The notes: generated by a model not told the origin, from the sequence alone. DNA of 32,000 nucleotides from Halalkalibacterium halodurans (GCF_004376175.1 NZ_SNUY01000024.1:18583-50582), one strand, 5' to 3'. Shown: positions 16,518 to 24,079, numbered from the stretch's first letter. Numbers and translations are program-made.

Positions 16518-17594
16518 TTGGGGGTCATTGTCTATAAATGTTTAAATTGTGGTGGGCCACTGGAATTCAAGGCAGAGTCTCAAAAGAGGGAGTGTGAATA
16601 CTGTTTAAGCGATTTTAGTGCAGAGGACATGAAGCGCTTTGAGGATGAGCAAAAGTCACAAGCAGTGGCAGAAATGGATACAGAAACATTCGAAAAAGAG
16701 AAGGGACAAGAGATTGAATTTGTAGAAAAATCGAAGAGTTATAGCTGCAAAAGCTGCGGGGCGGAAATTGTAACGGAGGAAACGACGGCTGCAACTTTTT
16801 GTTACTACTGTCATAATCCGACGATCATTCCCGGACAATTATCAGGAGACTATCGCCCAGCACAAGTGATTCCTTTTCAAATTACGAAAGAACAAGCGGA
16901 AGAATCGTTCGTTCAATGGTGTAACAAAAAACCCCTTTTGTCCAAATACTTTACATTGCCTTCGCAACTCGAGAAATTATCGGGAATTTATGTCCCTTTT
17001 TGGCTCTTTGATTGCGATACATTAGGGAGCATTGATGCAGAAGCAACGAAATCACGATCGTATACTCGAGGAAATATGCGTTACACAGAAACAAAATATT
17101 ATCGAGTGATCAGAGAAGGGAAAGCAGATTATCGAAAAGTCCCTGCTGATGGTTCAACAAAAATGGATGAGAAGCTCATGGGTGGACTTGAACCTTATGA
17201 TTATGCAGATTTAAAGGATTTTTCCATGTCTTATTTATCGGGCTATCTAGCGGAAAAGTATGATCTCAATCAAAATGATGTGTACGGTCGAATATCGGAT
17301 GTCATCCGGCAGCATACAAGCTCTCTGCTTCGGCAAACGATCAAGGGGTATGGGAGTGTTTCGATCAAAGATTCATCGTTTAATATTAAGAAAGTTGATG
17401 CGACCTATGTATTGCTCCCTGTCTGGATGTTCACATACCAATACAAAGGCAAGACGTACGTCTTTGCGATGAACGGGCAAACAGGAAAAATTTCCAGAAA
17501 CCTCCCAATTAGTATGAAACGAGCTGCTGCATGGTTCGGGATTGTTACCGGAGCGTCGTTTCTCACGATGTTAATTGGAGGATGGGTATTATGA
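16518..17594 (+). CDS. Zn-ribbon membrane protein (YdjG-like), C-terminal TM anchor
   Basis: TTG start 8 nt after AGGAGGGG. Two CxxC...CxxC ribbons (CLNCGG...CEYC and CKSCGA...CYYCHN) and a C-terminal TM segment (AAWFGIVTGASFLTMLIGGWVL). Confidence 0.75.
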   Translation: MGVIVYKCLNCGGPLEFKAESQKRECEYCLSDFSAEDMKRFEDEQKSQAVAEMDTETFEKEKGQEIEFVEKSKSYSCKSCGAEIVTEETTAATFCYYCHNPTIIPGQLSGDYRPAQVIPFQITKEQAEESFVQWCNKKPLLSKYFTLPSQLEKLSGIYVPFWLFDCDTLGSIDAEATKSRSYTRGNMRYTETKYYRVIREGKADYRKVPADGSTKMDEKLMGGLEPYDYADLKDFSMSYLSGYLAEKYDLNQNDVYGRISDVIRQHTSSLLRQTIKGYGSVSIKDSSFNIKKVDATYVLLPVWMFTYQYKGKTYVFAMNGQTGKISRNLPISMKRAAAWFGIVTGASFLTMLIGGWVL

Positions 17595-18406
17595 GTAATG
17601 TGGTCATGAAGCTATTTTATCGTATGGGTATCGCCATTATGTTACTTATTACATTCTCGAATCCGGTAAACAGTGCCACGCCTCATGTTTATGATCATGC
17701 TAAGCTCTTTACTGATTCAGAACGGGATGATTTGGAGCAGCAAGCAACAACACTTTCAGAACAGGTTCAATTGGATATTGCCGTAGTTACGATCGATGAC
17801 AATGCTGGGAAAACAGCTGAGGAAAATGCAATGGACTTTTTTGACGAGCATGATTTAGGTTACGAGGATGGTGAAGACAGTGTCCTTCTTCTCATTGACA
17901 TGGACGGTCGGGAAGTCTTTATATTGACGAGCGGGCTCGGGAGCAAATATTTAACAGATCAACGACTGGACTTAGTTTTGGATGACATCTATCCTTATTT
18001 ATCTGAACAGAATTACACCTCTGCGGTGGAGTTTTTCTTAACAGGGGTCAACGAATACGTTCAACAAGGAATACCTGCGGGCCAACACACAGTAGTAGTA
18101 AGCGAAAAAACCGAAACGAGCTTAGCCTATAAATTATTAGTATACCTTGGTATTTCGAGCGTAATCGGGTTGCTGGTTGTCGGGGGAATGGCAACGAAAA
18201 ATCGAAGCACGTCTAGTATAAGTAAGGGAACTTATTTGTTAAAAGATTCGTTTCGGTTGATTCGACACGAGGATCGCCACTACAATACGAAAGTGACAAA
18301 GCGGAGAATTCAGACGCAGTCCTCTAGCGGGTCGCGTCCAGGACGATCGACGGTCCGAAGCTCTAGTAGTGGCCGATCATATGGTGGCCGTGGACGAAAG
18401 TTTTAA
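17591..18406 (+). CDS. TPM-domain membrane protein (YdjH/YgcG-like)
   Basis: ATG 17591 overlaps the upstream stop (ATGA). It has a signal/TM segment, a TPM-domain opening motif (HVYDHAKLFTDSERDDLEQ), a second TM segment (LLVYLGISSVIGLLVVGG) and a Ser/Gly/Arg-rich tail. Confidence 0.8.
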   Translation: MSNVVMKLFYRMGIAIMLLITFSNPVNSATPHVYDHAKLFTDSERDDLEQQATTLSEQVQLDIAVVTIDDNAGKTAEENAMDFFDEHDLGYEDGEDSVLLLIDMDGREVFILTSGLGSKYLTDQRLDLVLDDIYPYLSEQNYTSAVEFFLTGVNEYVQQGIPAGQHTVVVSEKTETSLAYKLLVYLGISSVIGLLVVGGMATKNRSTSSISKGTYLLKDSFRLIRHEDRHYNTKVTKRRIQTQSSSGSRPGRSTVRSSSSGRSYGGRGRKF

Positions 18407-18425
18407 TAGAATGATTTTAGGTTTC

Positions 18426-18459
18426 AAAACCTTGAAGGCTTAAGTTTTCAAGGTTTTTT
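18426..18459. terminator. Bidirectional-looking Rho-independent terminator
   Basis: AAAACCTTGAA / TTCAAGGTTTT forms a perfect 11-bp stem with a 10-nt loop. The T-run continues on the + strand, and an A-run precedes the stem. Confidence 0.75.
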
Positions 18460-18671
18460 CGTGTGCCACTTTTGTATCAAAATGATCGTGATAGATTTCT
18501 GTTTTTCGTGCTTGTTGTCTTGCTTCGTAAACTTTTAGAAATCATGTGTTTCGGTTCAGGTATTTTTCTTTTGATGGCTTCGATGATTGGCGGATGTTGT
18601 ATTCGTAAAATGCAGGATGTCTCAACCATTAGTCAAAACCAGCTAAAAGTTTAATAAAAAAGATTCACGCT

Positions 18672-18699
18672 TTGTTAACAGGGAATAAATTGGTAAAAT
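18672..18699 (+). promoter_or_regulatory. Candidate SigA promoter for the HD-domain gene
   Basis: TTGTTA, a 16-nt spacer, then TAAAAT, with a TGg extended -10 element. Confidence 0.4.
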
Positions 18700-18750
18700 G
18701 AAGGAGTGGTACGAGTGAATGGCGAATGATTAATGATGAGGAGGAGTAAA

Positions 18751-19728
18751 ATGAAATTAGTAGATTCCATTTATGGTACGTATACGGTAGAACCTGTCAT
18801 TTCGGAGCTGATCGATTCAGCGCCAGTACAACGATTAAAAGGTATTCATCAGGGTGGAGCGTGCTATTTAGTAAAACCATCATGGAATGTGACTCGCTTT
18901 GAGCATTCGATTGGGGTCATGCTCCTTATTCGGAAGTTAGGAGGCTCTCTTGAAGAGCAAATCGCCGGGTTACTCCATGATGTCTCTCATACCGCTTTTT
19001 CCCATGTGATTGATTATGTATTAGCGGAAGAGGAGGAAGACTATCACGAGCAAATTTACGAGCAAGTGATACGGGCTTCCGAGATTCCACACATTTTAGA
19101 CAAGTACGGCTTTGACTTAGAACGAATCGTCCTTAATCATTCGTGCTGGACTTTACTAGAGCAACCCTCACCGTCTCTATGTGCTGATCGAATCGATTAT
19201 ACACTTCGGGATTTATACACTTATGGTCATATTAACAAACAAGAAGTGGATGATTTTATCGCTAATTTGATTGTTGTAGATGGAATCATTAGCACGTCTT
19301 CTGTTGCAGGGGCTGAGTGGTTTGTAAGAGCATACTACAAGGAAGTGATTGATTTCTTTTTAGATCCATTGAACGTATACGGTTCGTCTGTTTTAACATC
19401 AGTGCTAAAGAGTGCCGTTGAACGAAAAGCACTAGGCCTAGATGACTTTTTAAAAACAGACGAAGAACTCATGGAGCAATTACAACGATTGAACGATGAC
19501 TCGATCCAAAAGCAGCTTGCTACCCTCCATCCACACGTTAACGTTCGCGAAAATGAAAATCACTACCATATTCATAAAACGAACAAGCTCCGGCTAATTG
19601 ATCCTCATGTGTATCTAGATGGAACATTTCAACGAATATCCTCACTCTCTAAACAGGTGAAAAAGTGGAATGAAGAAGCTCAGAGACGAGCGGATCGAGG
19701 GGCTTATGTGGAGGTTTTGTCCTCGTAA
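18751..19728 (+). CDS. HD-domain metal-dependent phosphohydrolase
   Basis: HD motifs are FEHSIGV and LLHDVSHTAFSH, and a downstream D is present (CADRIDYTLRD). ATG 18751 lies 7 nt after AGGAGGAG. Confidence 0.85.
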   Translation: MKLVDSIYGTYTVEPVISELIDSAPVQRLKGIHQGGACYLVKPSWNVTRFEHSIGVMLLIRKLGGSLEEQIAGLLHDVSHTAFSHVIDYVLAEEEEDYHEQIYEQVIRASEIPHILDKYGFDLERIVLNHSCWTLLEQPSPSLCADRIDYTLRDLYTYGHINKQEVDDFIANLIVVDGIISTSSVAGAEWFVRAYYKEVIDFFLDPLNVYGSSVLTSVLKSAVERKALGLDDFLKTDEELMEQLQRLNDDSIQKQLATLHPHVNVRENENHYHIHKTNKLRLIDPHVYLDGTFQRISSLSKQVKKWNEEAQRRADRGAYVEVLSS

Positions 19729-19803
19729 GGTCATAGTTTAAACTTATTGAAGGGTATAATAAATGATAGCAGGTAATTAAAGGGAAAGAAGTAGGGTGAT
19801 GAG

Positions 19804-20964
19804 ATGATGGCCATTATACAGTTGAATGAATCTCACTATGACGAAGTTCTTAATCTATCAAGCTATGCTTTTCAATATCCATTGACCCAAAGCGAGAGAC
19901 AAGAACGTGCGATTATTTTAAAGGAACAAGACATTTACGGTATTTTTCATGATGAACAATTGGCAGCAAAGCTACATATTTATCCATTCCAAATATGGTT
20001 TAATGGTCAGAAAATAGAGATGGGTGGTATTGCTGGTGTCGCAACGTATCCTGAATATAGGCGTCAAGGTTTTGTTAAAGATTTGCTGCTTCACTCATTA
20101 CGAGAGATGAGGCGCAATGGTCAATCCGTTTCGATCCTCCACCCTTTTTCAATCCCATTTTACCGAAAGTATGGCTGGGAGCTTTTTTCTTATTATGTTT
20201 CGGTTGACTTTTCAGTTAAGGAGCTAGTTCTTATGGAGGAGCCCTCAGGATATATGAGGCGACGTACCGCTAAGGCTACGCTTGCAGAGCTTCGTACGAT
20301 TTACGATGAATATGCAAAAACGTATTCAGGGATACTTGATCGCAAGGACTCTTGGTGGCAACAGAAGGTCGTAAACGATTGTGAAATAGCCATTTATTAT
20401 ACTAAAGAAGGAAGCCCTACTGGGTATATTCTTTATCAAGTGAAAGACGCAAAGATGATCATAGATGAGTTTGTAGCCCTCCAACATGAGGCTCGGCTAG
20501 GATTATGGAATTTTATTTGTCAACACGATTCAATGGTACAAACGATTACCATTACGTTACAAGAACATGATCCACTGCTATATACTTGCTTGCACGTCAA
20601 AGAGCGCATTGAACAAAAGCCCTTCGGCATGGTGAGGATTGTGGATGTTCAGCGTTTTTTAACACAATGTCCATTTTTATTGAAAGAGAATGACGAACCG
20701 TTGTTTTTGCATGTTTTGGATAAACAAGCACCATGGAATCGAGGGGTATTTAAATTGACGGAGGGCACTTGTACGAAAGTGGATGAATTTGCAGGGAACC
20801 GAGCGGTAGTCATTGAAATAAATCATTTAAGTGCGCTTTTATTCGGATACAAAACAGTGATTGATCTTTTAGCAATTGAAGCTGTAAACGGCCCAGAGGG
20901 GGAAATTGAACGGCTTGCGCGGATGATTCCAAGAAGGCGTCCGTTACTTTTTGACTTCTTCTAA
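19804..20964 (+). CDS. GNAT N-acetyltransferase of the Eis-like (GNAT + SCP2-like C-terminal domain) type
   Basis: Acetyl-CoA binding motif GIAGVATYPEYRRQGF. The ~386-aa length and the FGMVRIVD... C-terminal domain are typical of Eis-family enzymes. Confidence 0.8.
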   Translation: MMAIIQLNESHYDEVLNLSSYAFQYPLTQSERQERAIILKEQDIYGIFHDEQLAAKLHIYPFQIWFNGQKIEMGGIAGVATYPEYRRQGFVKDLLLHSLREMRRNGQSVSILHPFSIPFYRKYGWELFSYYVSVDFSVKELVLMEEPSGYMRRRTAKATLAELRTIYDEYAKTYSGILDRKDSWWQQKVVNDCEIAIYYTKEGSPTGYILYQVKDAKMIIDEFVALQHEARLGLWNFICQHDSMVQTITITLQEHDPLLYTCLHVKERIEQKPFGMVRIVDVQRFLTQCPFLLKENDEPLFLHVLDKQAPWNRGVFKLTEGTCTKVDEFAGNRAVVIEINHLSALLFGYKTVIDLLAIEAVNGPEGEIERLARMIPRRRPLLFDFF

Positions 20965-20966
20965 AC

Positions 20967-20996
20967 GTTACTGCAAGGGAGCTCCCTTGCAGTAAC
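20967..20996. terminator. 30-bp perfect palindrome / strong hairpin between convergent genes
   Basis: GTTACTGCAAGGGAGCTCCCTTGCAGTAAC is self-complementary over all 30 nt (13-bp stem, AGCT centre). No proper U-tract follows on either strand. Confidence 0.5.
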
Positions 20997-21009
20997 CATC
21001 GCTTTGCCT

Positions 21010-21032
21010 AAAAAACCGCACGTATTGTACGG
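21010..21032 (-). terminator. Rho-independent terminator of the small peptide gene (minus strand)
   Basis: The minus-strand RNA reads CCGUAC-AAUAC-GUGCGG (6-bp GC-rich stem with one U-G pair) followed by UUUUUU. It lies 15 nt after the TAA. Confidence 0.5.
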
Positions 21033-21047
21033 CGGATGAAAATATAA

Positions 21048-21173
21048 TTAATGCATATAAGGCAAGTTGTTTCCAAGAGAAGTAATAACATCTTGGCTCA
21101 CAGCATCAAAGGAGCCAATCGTAAATACACCTAAAACTAATGTCGCAACAAATAAACCTTTTACCATTTTCAT
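21048..21173 (-). CDS. 41-aa secreted pro-peptide, PapR-like candidate quorum-sensing signal
   Basis: The peptide is MKMVKGLFVATLVLGVFTIGSFDAVSQDVITSLGNNLPYMH. The SD (AAAGGGGAAA) lies 6 nt upstream, there is an N-terminal signal peptide with an FDA|V-type cleavage site, and the gene has its own terminator. The C-terminal LPYMH resembles the PapR LPFEF/LPFEH pherotypes. It is divergent from a PlcR-like regulator and is not in the ORF track because it is under 60 aa. Confidence 0.6.
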   Translation of the reverse strand: MKMVKGLFVATLVLGVFTIGSFDAVSQDVITSLGNNLPYMH

Positions 21174-21317
21174 GAAGTATTTCCCCTTTCGTGTAGGTTT
21201 ACAATTAGTATAAACGAAAAATGGGTGGAAAAAAAAAGCGAAAAGAATGAAAATACAGGGTTTTTACGCGATTTCTAAACCAAATTACGGAATTATCTAG
21301 TTCTCTTGTATGGGCTT

Positions 21318-21331
21318 ATTAATATATTAAT
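21318..21331. promoter_or_regulatory. 14-bp perfect palindrome just upstream of the regulator's SD
   Basis: ATTAATATATTAAT is fully self-complementary. It ends 8 nt before GGAGGG and 19 nt before ATG 21351. It is AT-rich, so it could also be part of a -10 region. Confidence 0.3.
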
Positions 21332-21350
21332 TTTTACTTGGAGGGCTATT

Positions 21351-22244
21351 ATGGAGACATTATCGGTTGGACATAAAATTAAGACGCTTAGACAGTCCTT
21401 AGGGTTATCACAGCGCGATTTAGCTGAAGGGATTTGCACTCAAGCGTTAATCAGTCATATTGAAAAAAACAAAACGACGCCTACAGTTGATGTCTTTTTT
21501 AATATTGCCAAAAAGCTCGGAGCCCCAGCAGATTATTTCTTGGAAACGCATGACAATTCCTTAGATTATATTTTGGAAGTACAGTACCAAATACGGAAAC
21601 AAGTGCAAGAGCACAATTATGAGGAAGCACTTAACATTATTAAGACAGAACAGAAAAATCCGATTTTTAACAACAGCAAATATTTGCAATTTTTATTGTG
21701 GCATGAAGCGATTTGTGAATATTCTCTAAACAAAAGATATAACGAAGCAGTGGAAGCGATTGAAGAAGCACTTAAACTTACTCATAAAGAAGGGAATTCT
21801 TATTCTGAGCGGGAAATTGAAATTTTGATTAGTCTCGCTAACTTTCATGACTCAGAGAAGAAATACAATCTCTCGACAAAAATCTACAAAGACATCAATG
21901 ATTCTTTAAAGGCATTAAACTATCTATCCGATCGAAAAATTCAACTTCGATTTTTATTTAATTATTCGTTAAACCGAAACAATGTTAAGAGATATAAGGA
22001 AGCAATTGATTTGTGTAACAAAGGCATTATTCTTTGTAAGCAGCATGGATTTTTATATTCATTCGGAGAATTCCATTATCAAAAAGGGCAAAACTTGATT
22101 GATCTTGGACGAAAAAAAGAAGCAGTGAAGTTTTTAGAAAAAGCAAAAATGATTTTCGACATTCAGGACAACGAGTTGTTTGCTAACATTGCAGATAAGG
22201 AGATCAAAAAACTGCAAAAATCGCTAGAAATGACAGTTAGCTAA
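21351..22244 (+). CDS. RRNPP-family transcriptional regulator, PlcR-like (XRE HTH + TPR peptide-binding domain)
   Basis: The N-terminal HTH (VGHKIKTLRQSLGLSQRDLAEGICTQALISHIEKNKTTPTVDVFFNIAKKLGAPADYF) is colinear with my recollection of B. cereus PlcR. It is followed by ~230 aa of TPR-like helices (YEEALNII, YNEAVEAIEEAL, YKEAIDLCNKGI, GEFHYQKGQNL). ATG 21351 lies 5-6 nt after GGAGGG. Confidence 0.8.
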   Translation: METLSVGHKIKTLRQSLGLSQRDLAEGICTQALISHIEKNKTTPTVDVFFNIAKKLGAPADYFLETHDNSLDYILEVQYQIRKQVQEHNYEEALNIIKTEQKNPIFNNSKYLQFLLWHEAICEYSLNKRYNEAVEAIEEALKLTHKEGNSYSEREIEILISLANFHDSEKKYNLSTKIYKDINDSLKALNYLSDRKIQLRFLFNYSLNRNNVKRYKEAIDLCNKGIILCKQHGFLYSFGEFHYQKGQNLIDLGRKKEAVKFLEKAKMIFDIQDNELFANIADKEIKKLQKSLEMTVS

Positions 22245-22264
22245 AAGGCTAACACCATAAAGCA

Positions 22265-22303
22265 AAAAACCTTTTCTTATGTTTACGACAGGGAAAGGTT
22301 TTT
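22265..22303 (+). terminator. Rho-independent terminator of the regulator gene
   Basis: AAAAACCTTTTC / GGAAAGGTTTTT forms a 12-bp stem with one G-U pair and a 15-nt loop, and a T-rich tail follows. Confidence 0.5.
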
Positions 22304-22396
22304 CTTATTTTCACTCGATCTCTTTGAAAAACTGTCCGATATATAGAAAGAGGGGATGAAAAATAGTTAGGGGTTATAGAAATGAGGTGAGGGGAT

Positions 22397-23395
22397 TTGA
22401 ACAACAAAGAGCGATTATTATATGTACAAGACATCTTGCAAAAAGAGACCGATGAGGAGAATGAGTTAACTCTTGAGCAAATTATGACAAAGCTTCATGC
22501 TGTCAAAGGTACGGAAGTCAATAAAAAAACGTTGCGTGATGACTTAAATACCCTTAAAGATTCTGGATTATTTCCAATTGTGGTCAAACAAGAAAAGAAC
22601 GGAGTAGAGAAAACGTACCAACATCGAACGAAATTATTTACCATTCAGGAACTGCGCCTCTTGGCAGATGCTCTTACGACCGCGTCGTTCATCAGCAAAG
22701 AAGAGACTGAGCAAATGATTAACAAATTAAAAAAGCTAACGAGTCATAGGCTAGCAGAACATTTGGATAACCGACTAGTGGTACAGCCAGATCGAGGGAG
22801 TAGGGACGTTCAAGAGCTCATGAAGACCGTTCACTTACTCCATGATGTGATTAAACACGGTGACATCATTCGCTATCAGTATGGGCAACACAATCTTACG
22901 AAAGAATTTACGCTGCGTGAAAATGGGCGTTTTTATACATTAAAATCATATGCACTTATCTGGGATGATCAGAGGTATTATTTAATTGGGGAAGACGAAG
23001 AAGAAGGTCTGATTCGTTATGAACGGGTCGATCAAATGTATCATGTGGAACGAACAGGTGCACTTTTCACATGGCCTGAAAAGTTTGATCTTATGGAATG
23101 GCTTCACACCCACTCTTCTGTAATGACAGAAGAGAAAGAAGACTTGCAGCTTGAATGTCACCTAGATTCCTTGCAAGACGTATTCGATTGTTTAGGTCTT
23201 GATGTAACGATTCAACCGTTAACGGATGAGCGCTTTCTCTTGGCAACGAAGGCTGTCATAGACAAAGGATTGATGGATTGGCTCTTTTCTTTAGGTGGAA
23301 AGGTGAAAGTGATTCATCCACCTAAGCTTGCAGAAGAAATTCAACGGGAAGCAACGGCGATTATAGATCAATATCGATTGTTAGCAAATTCATGA
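22397..23395 (+). CDS. WYL-domain transcriptional regulator (wHTH + WYL + C-terminal extension)
   Basis: TTG start after GAGGTGAGGGGA. There is an N-terminal wHTH-like region, a WYL-type core (YALIWDDQRYYLIGEDEEEGLIRYERVDQM) and a C-terminal WCX-like region. Confidence 0.8.
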   Translation: MNNKERLLYVQDILQKETDEENELTLEQIMTKLHAVKGTEVNKKTLRDDLNTLKDSGLFPIVVKQEKNGVEKTYQHRTKLFTIQELRLLADALTTASFISKEETEQMINKLKKLTSHRLAEHLDNRLVVQPDRGSRDVQELMKTVHLLHDVIKHGDIIRYQYGQHNLTKEFTLRENGRFYTLKSYALIWDDQRYYLIGEDEEEGLIRYERVDQMYHVERTGALFTWPEKFDLMEWLHTHSSVMTEEKEDLQLECHLDSLQDVFDCLGLDVTIQPLTDERFLLATKAVIDKGLMDWLFSLGGKVKVIHPPKLAEEIQREATAIIDQYRLLANS

Positions 23396-23422
23396 CAATA
23401 AAGTTCGATAGAGGGGGATCAT

Positions 23423-23737
23423 ATGGAACGCTGGGAAAAGGTTGGTATATTCGTTCGCGATCATGAAACGGTGACGTTGTTTACAGCTACGGAGCAAGAG
23501 ACGGAGGAGAGAGATGAAGCTGACAGGCAATACAAATGGATTTACTCATGTTATGGACGGAATGGAAAAGTGAATACGTATAGTCAAGAGGAAGAGCACT
23601 TGCTAGATGTTATTGATCAGTTTCATGACAAAGGGTTTTGGGCGTTCATTCCGCTCATAATCGATAAGGACCATACTTATTGGGTAAAACGAGAGATGAA
23701 TCGAAAATTGGAGAAAATGTGGAAATCACATGGATAA
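23423..23737 (+). CDS. Hypothetical 104-aa cytoplasmic protein, no family recognised
   Basis: The ATG lies 7 nt after AGAGGGGGA and 27 nt after the WYL gene's stop. A good terminator follows immediately. The protein is acidic in the N-terminal half and Trp/Lys-rich in the C-terminal half. Confidence 0.6.
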   Translation: MERWEKVGIFVRDHETVTLFTATEQETEERDEADRQYKWIYSCYGRNGKVNTYSQEEEHLLDVIDQFHDKGFWAFIPLIIDKDHTYWVKREMNRKLEKMWKSHG

Positions 23738-23748
23738 CCATTCAAGGG

Positions 23749-23780
23749 AAAGGTGATGTCAATTGGGCATCGCCTTTTTG
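23749..23780 (+). terminator. Rho-independent terminator of the WYL two-gene unit
   Basis: AAGGTGATG / CATCGCCTT forms a 9-bp stem with one G-U pair and a 9-nt loop, followed by TTTTT. Confidence 0.75.
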
Positions 23781-23984
23781 TATGCAGGATTTAAACAAAT
23801 GGTTACCCGAAGGTATATTGTTAAAACGGGGAGGGTAAATGTTTCTGCTTATCATTCAATAACGAACGTCTATAGGGCGTGCCACAATGAAGATAAAACT
23901 TTTCTGGAGTCTACTATAAAGGTGATTGCTTACATTAAGAATCAAAGTCGTAAGTCTACCAGCATCTTTTATCGCTTGTTTTTC

Positions 23985-24014
23985 TTGTGTTTTTATTTTT
24001 GTATGATTTATAAT
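23985..24014 (+). promoter_or_regulatory. Candidate SigA promoter for pxpBC
   Basis: TTGTGT, an 18-nt spacer, then TATAAT (24009-24014). Confidence 0.4.
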
Positions 24015-24038
24015 AGTGAAAAACTATTATTCGGACTA

Positions 24039-24059
24039 TTGTTCTGAATATCAGAACAA
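24039..24059. promoter_or_regulatory. Perfect inverted repeat (candidate operator) between the pxpB promoter and its SD
   Basis: TTGTTCTGA-ATA-TCAGAACAA has 9-bp perfect arms and a 3-bp spacer. It ends 20 nt before ATG 24080. Confidence 0.45.
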
Positions 24060-24079
24060 AGGGGGCGGTTTACATTCAA

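Noticed and set aside
18463-18654. A 63-aa + strand ORF, and a 51-aa minus-strand ORF (MVETSCILRIQHPP...NRNLSRSF) in the same 190 bp.
   Set aside because: The + ORF begins with a GTG inside the terminator's T-run and has no SD. The minus ORF is very basic, has no SD, and has a stop two codons upstream of its ATG. Neither can be supported from sequence alone, although the bidirectional terminator at 18426-18459 leaves a small minus-strand gene or sRNA possible.
22249-22434. A 61-aa minus-strand ORF, and a 27-codon + strand ORF (MFTTGKGF...) downstream of the PlcR-like gene. The + ORF was considered as a papR-position peptide.
   Set aside because: Both run through the regulator's terminator hairpin and lack an SD and a signal peptide. 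The divergent 41-aa ORF is a far better peptide candidate.
23763-24047. A 94-aa TTG-start ORF. The same 340-bp gap before pxpB also holds mini-ORFs: MFLLIIQ at 23839-23862 after GGGGAGGG, and MKIKLFWSLL starting at 23887.
   Set aside because: The 94-aa ORF starts inside a terminator, has no SD, and has a Phe/Tyr/Ile-rich composition driven by AT content. The mini-ORFs are too short, and the SD spacing (3 nt) is poor. The region is better explained as terminator plus promoter/operator DNA, though an sRNA cannot be excluded.
24039-24059. Reading the pxpB-proximal palindrome as a LexA/DinR SOS box or a TnrA/GlnR box.
   Set aside because: The Bacillus LexA box is GAAC-N4-GTTC, whereas here the arrangement is GTTC-N9-GAAC. 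TnrA sites are 17-bp TGTnA-N7-TnACA, whereas this is TGT-N13-ACA. Geometry fits neither, so an IclR-type operator is the simpler hypothesis.
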